DNA of 15,776 bases from Promethearchaeota archaeon. GTDB taxonomy: Archaea; Asgardarchaeota; Lokiarchaeia; Sigyniarchaeales; SOKP01. The notes below the pieces were generated by a model that was not told the origin of the DNA, ran no database searches, and saw nothing but the letters and a program-made list of their open reading frames with translations. The stretch lies in the NCBI GenBank assembly GCA_004524535.1, contig SDNY01000085.1, forward strand, positions 1 through 15,776. The letters run 5' to 3'. Below are positions 15,740 to 15,776 of this stretch, piece by piece. Within the stretch, counting starts at the first letter, position 1. The number at the start of each line of letters is the position of its first letter. A program made the position numbers and the translations under genes.

Positions 15740-15776
15740 AATAGTTTTTAATATTTTAAATATAATAAAGATTAAT

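Overview
AT-rich, gene-dense archaeal-type window, most consistent with an Asgard archaeon (Lokiarchaeia-like). This is inferred from a gelsolin-domain protein, a vWA/Zn-finger protein, a long TrmB-like coiled-coil protein and oligo-T terminators. It begins with the 3' end of purA, then a DUF2284 protein and a DMT transporter. Next is a ~2 kb array (1881-3955) of three co-oriented toxin-antitoxin modules from different families. All three look damaged, and each is preceded by a copy of a short G-rich motif. The rest holds a PLP-dependent racemase, a vWA-RING/PHD protein with 33-bp coding repeats, a TrmB-like protein, a CDP-alcohol phosphatidyltransferase divergent from a LURP/scramblase-fold gene and a gelsolin gene, a HEAT protein, a wHTH regulator, a Zn-binding hypothetical, a SAM methyltransferase and an esterase. 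I found no rRNA, tRNA, CRISPR array, integrase or transposase. All family calls come from motif recognition by eye, not database searches.
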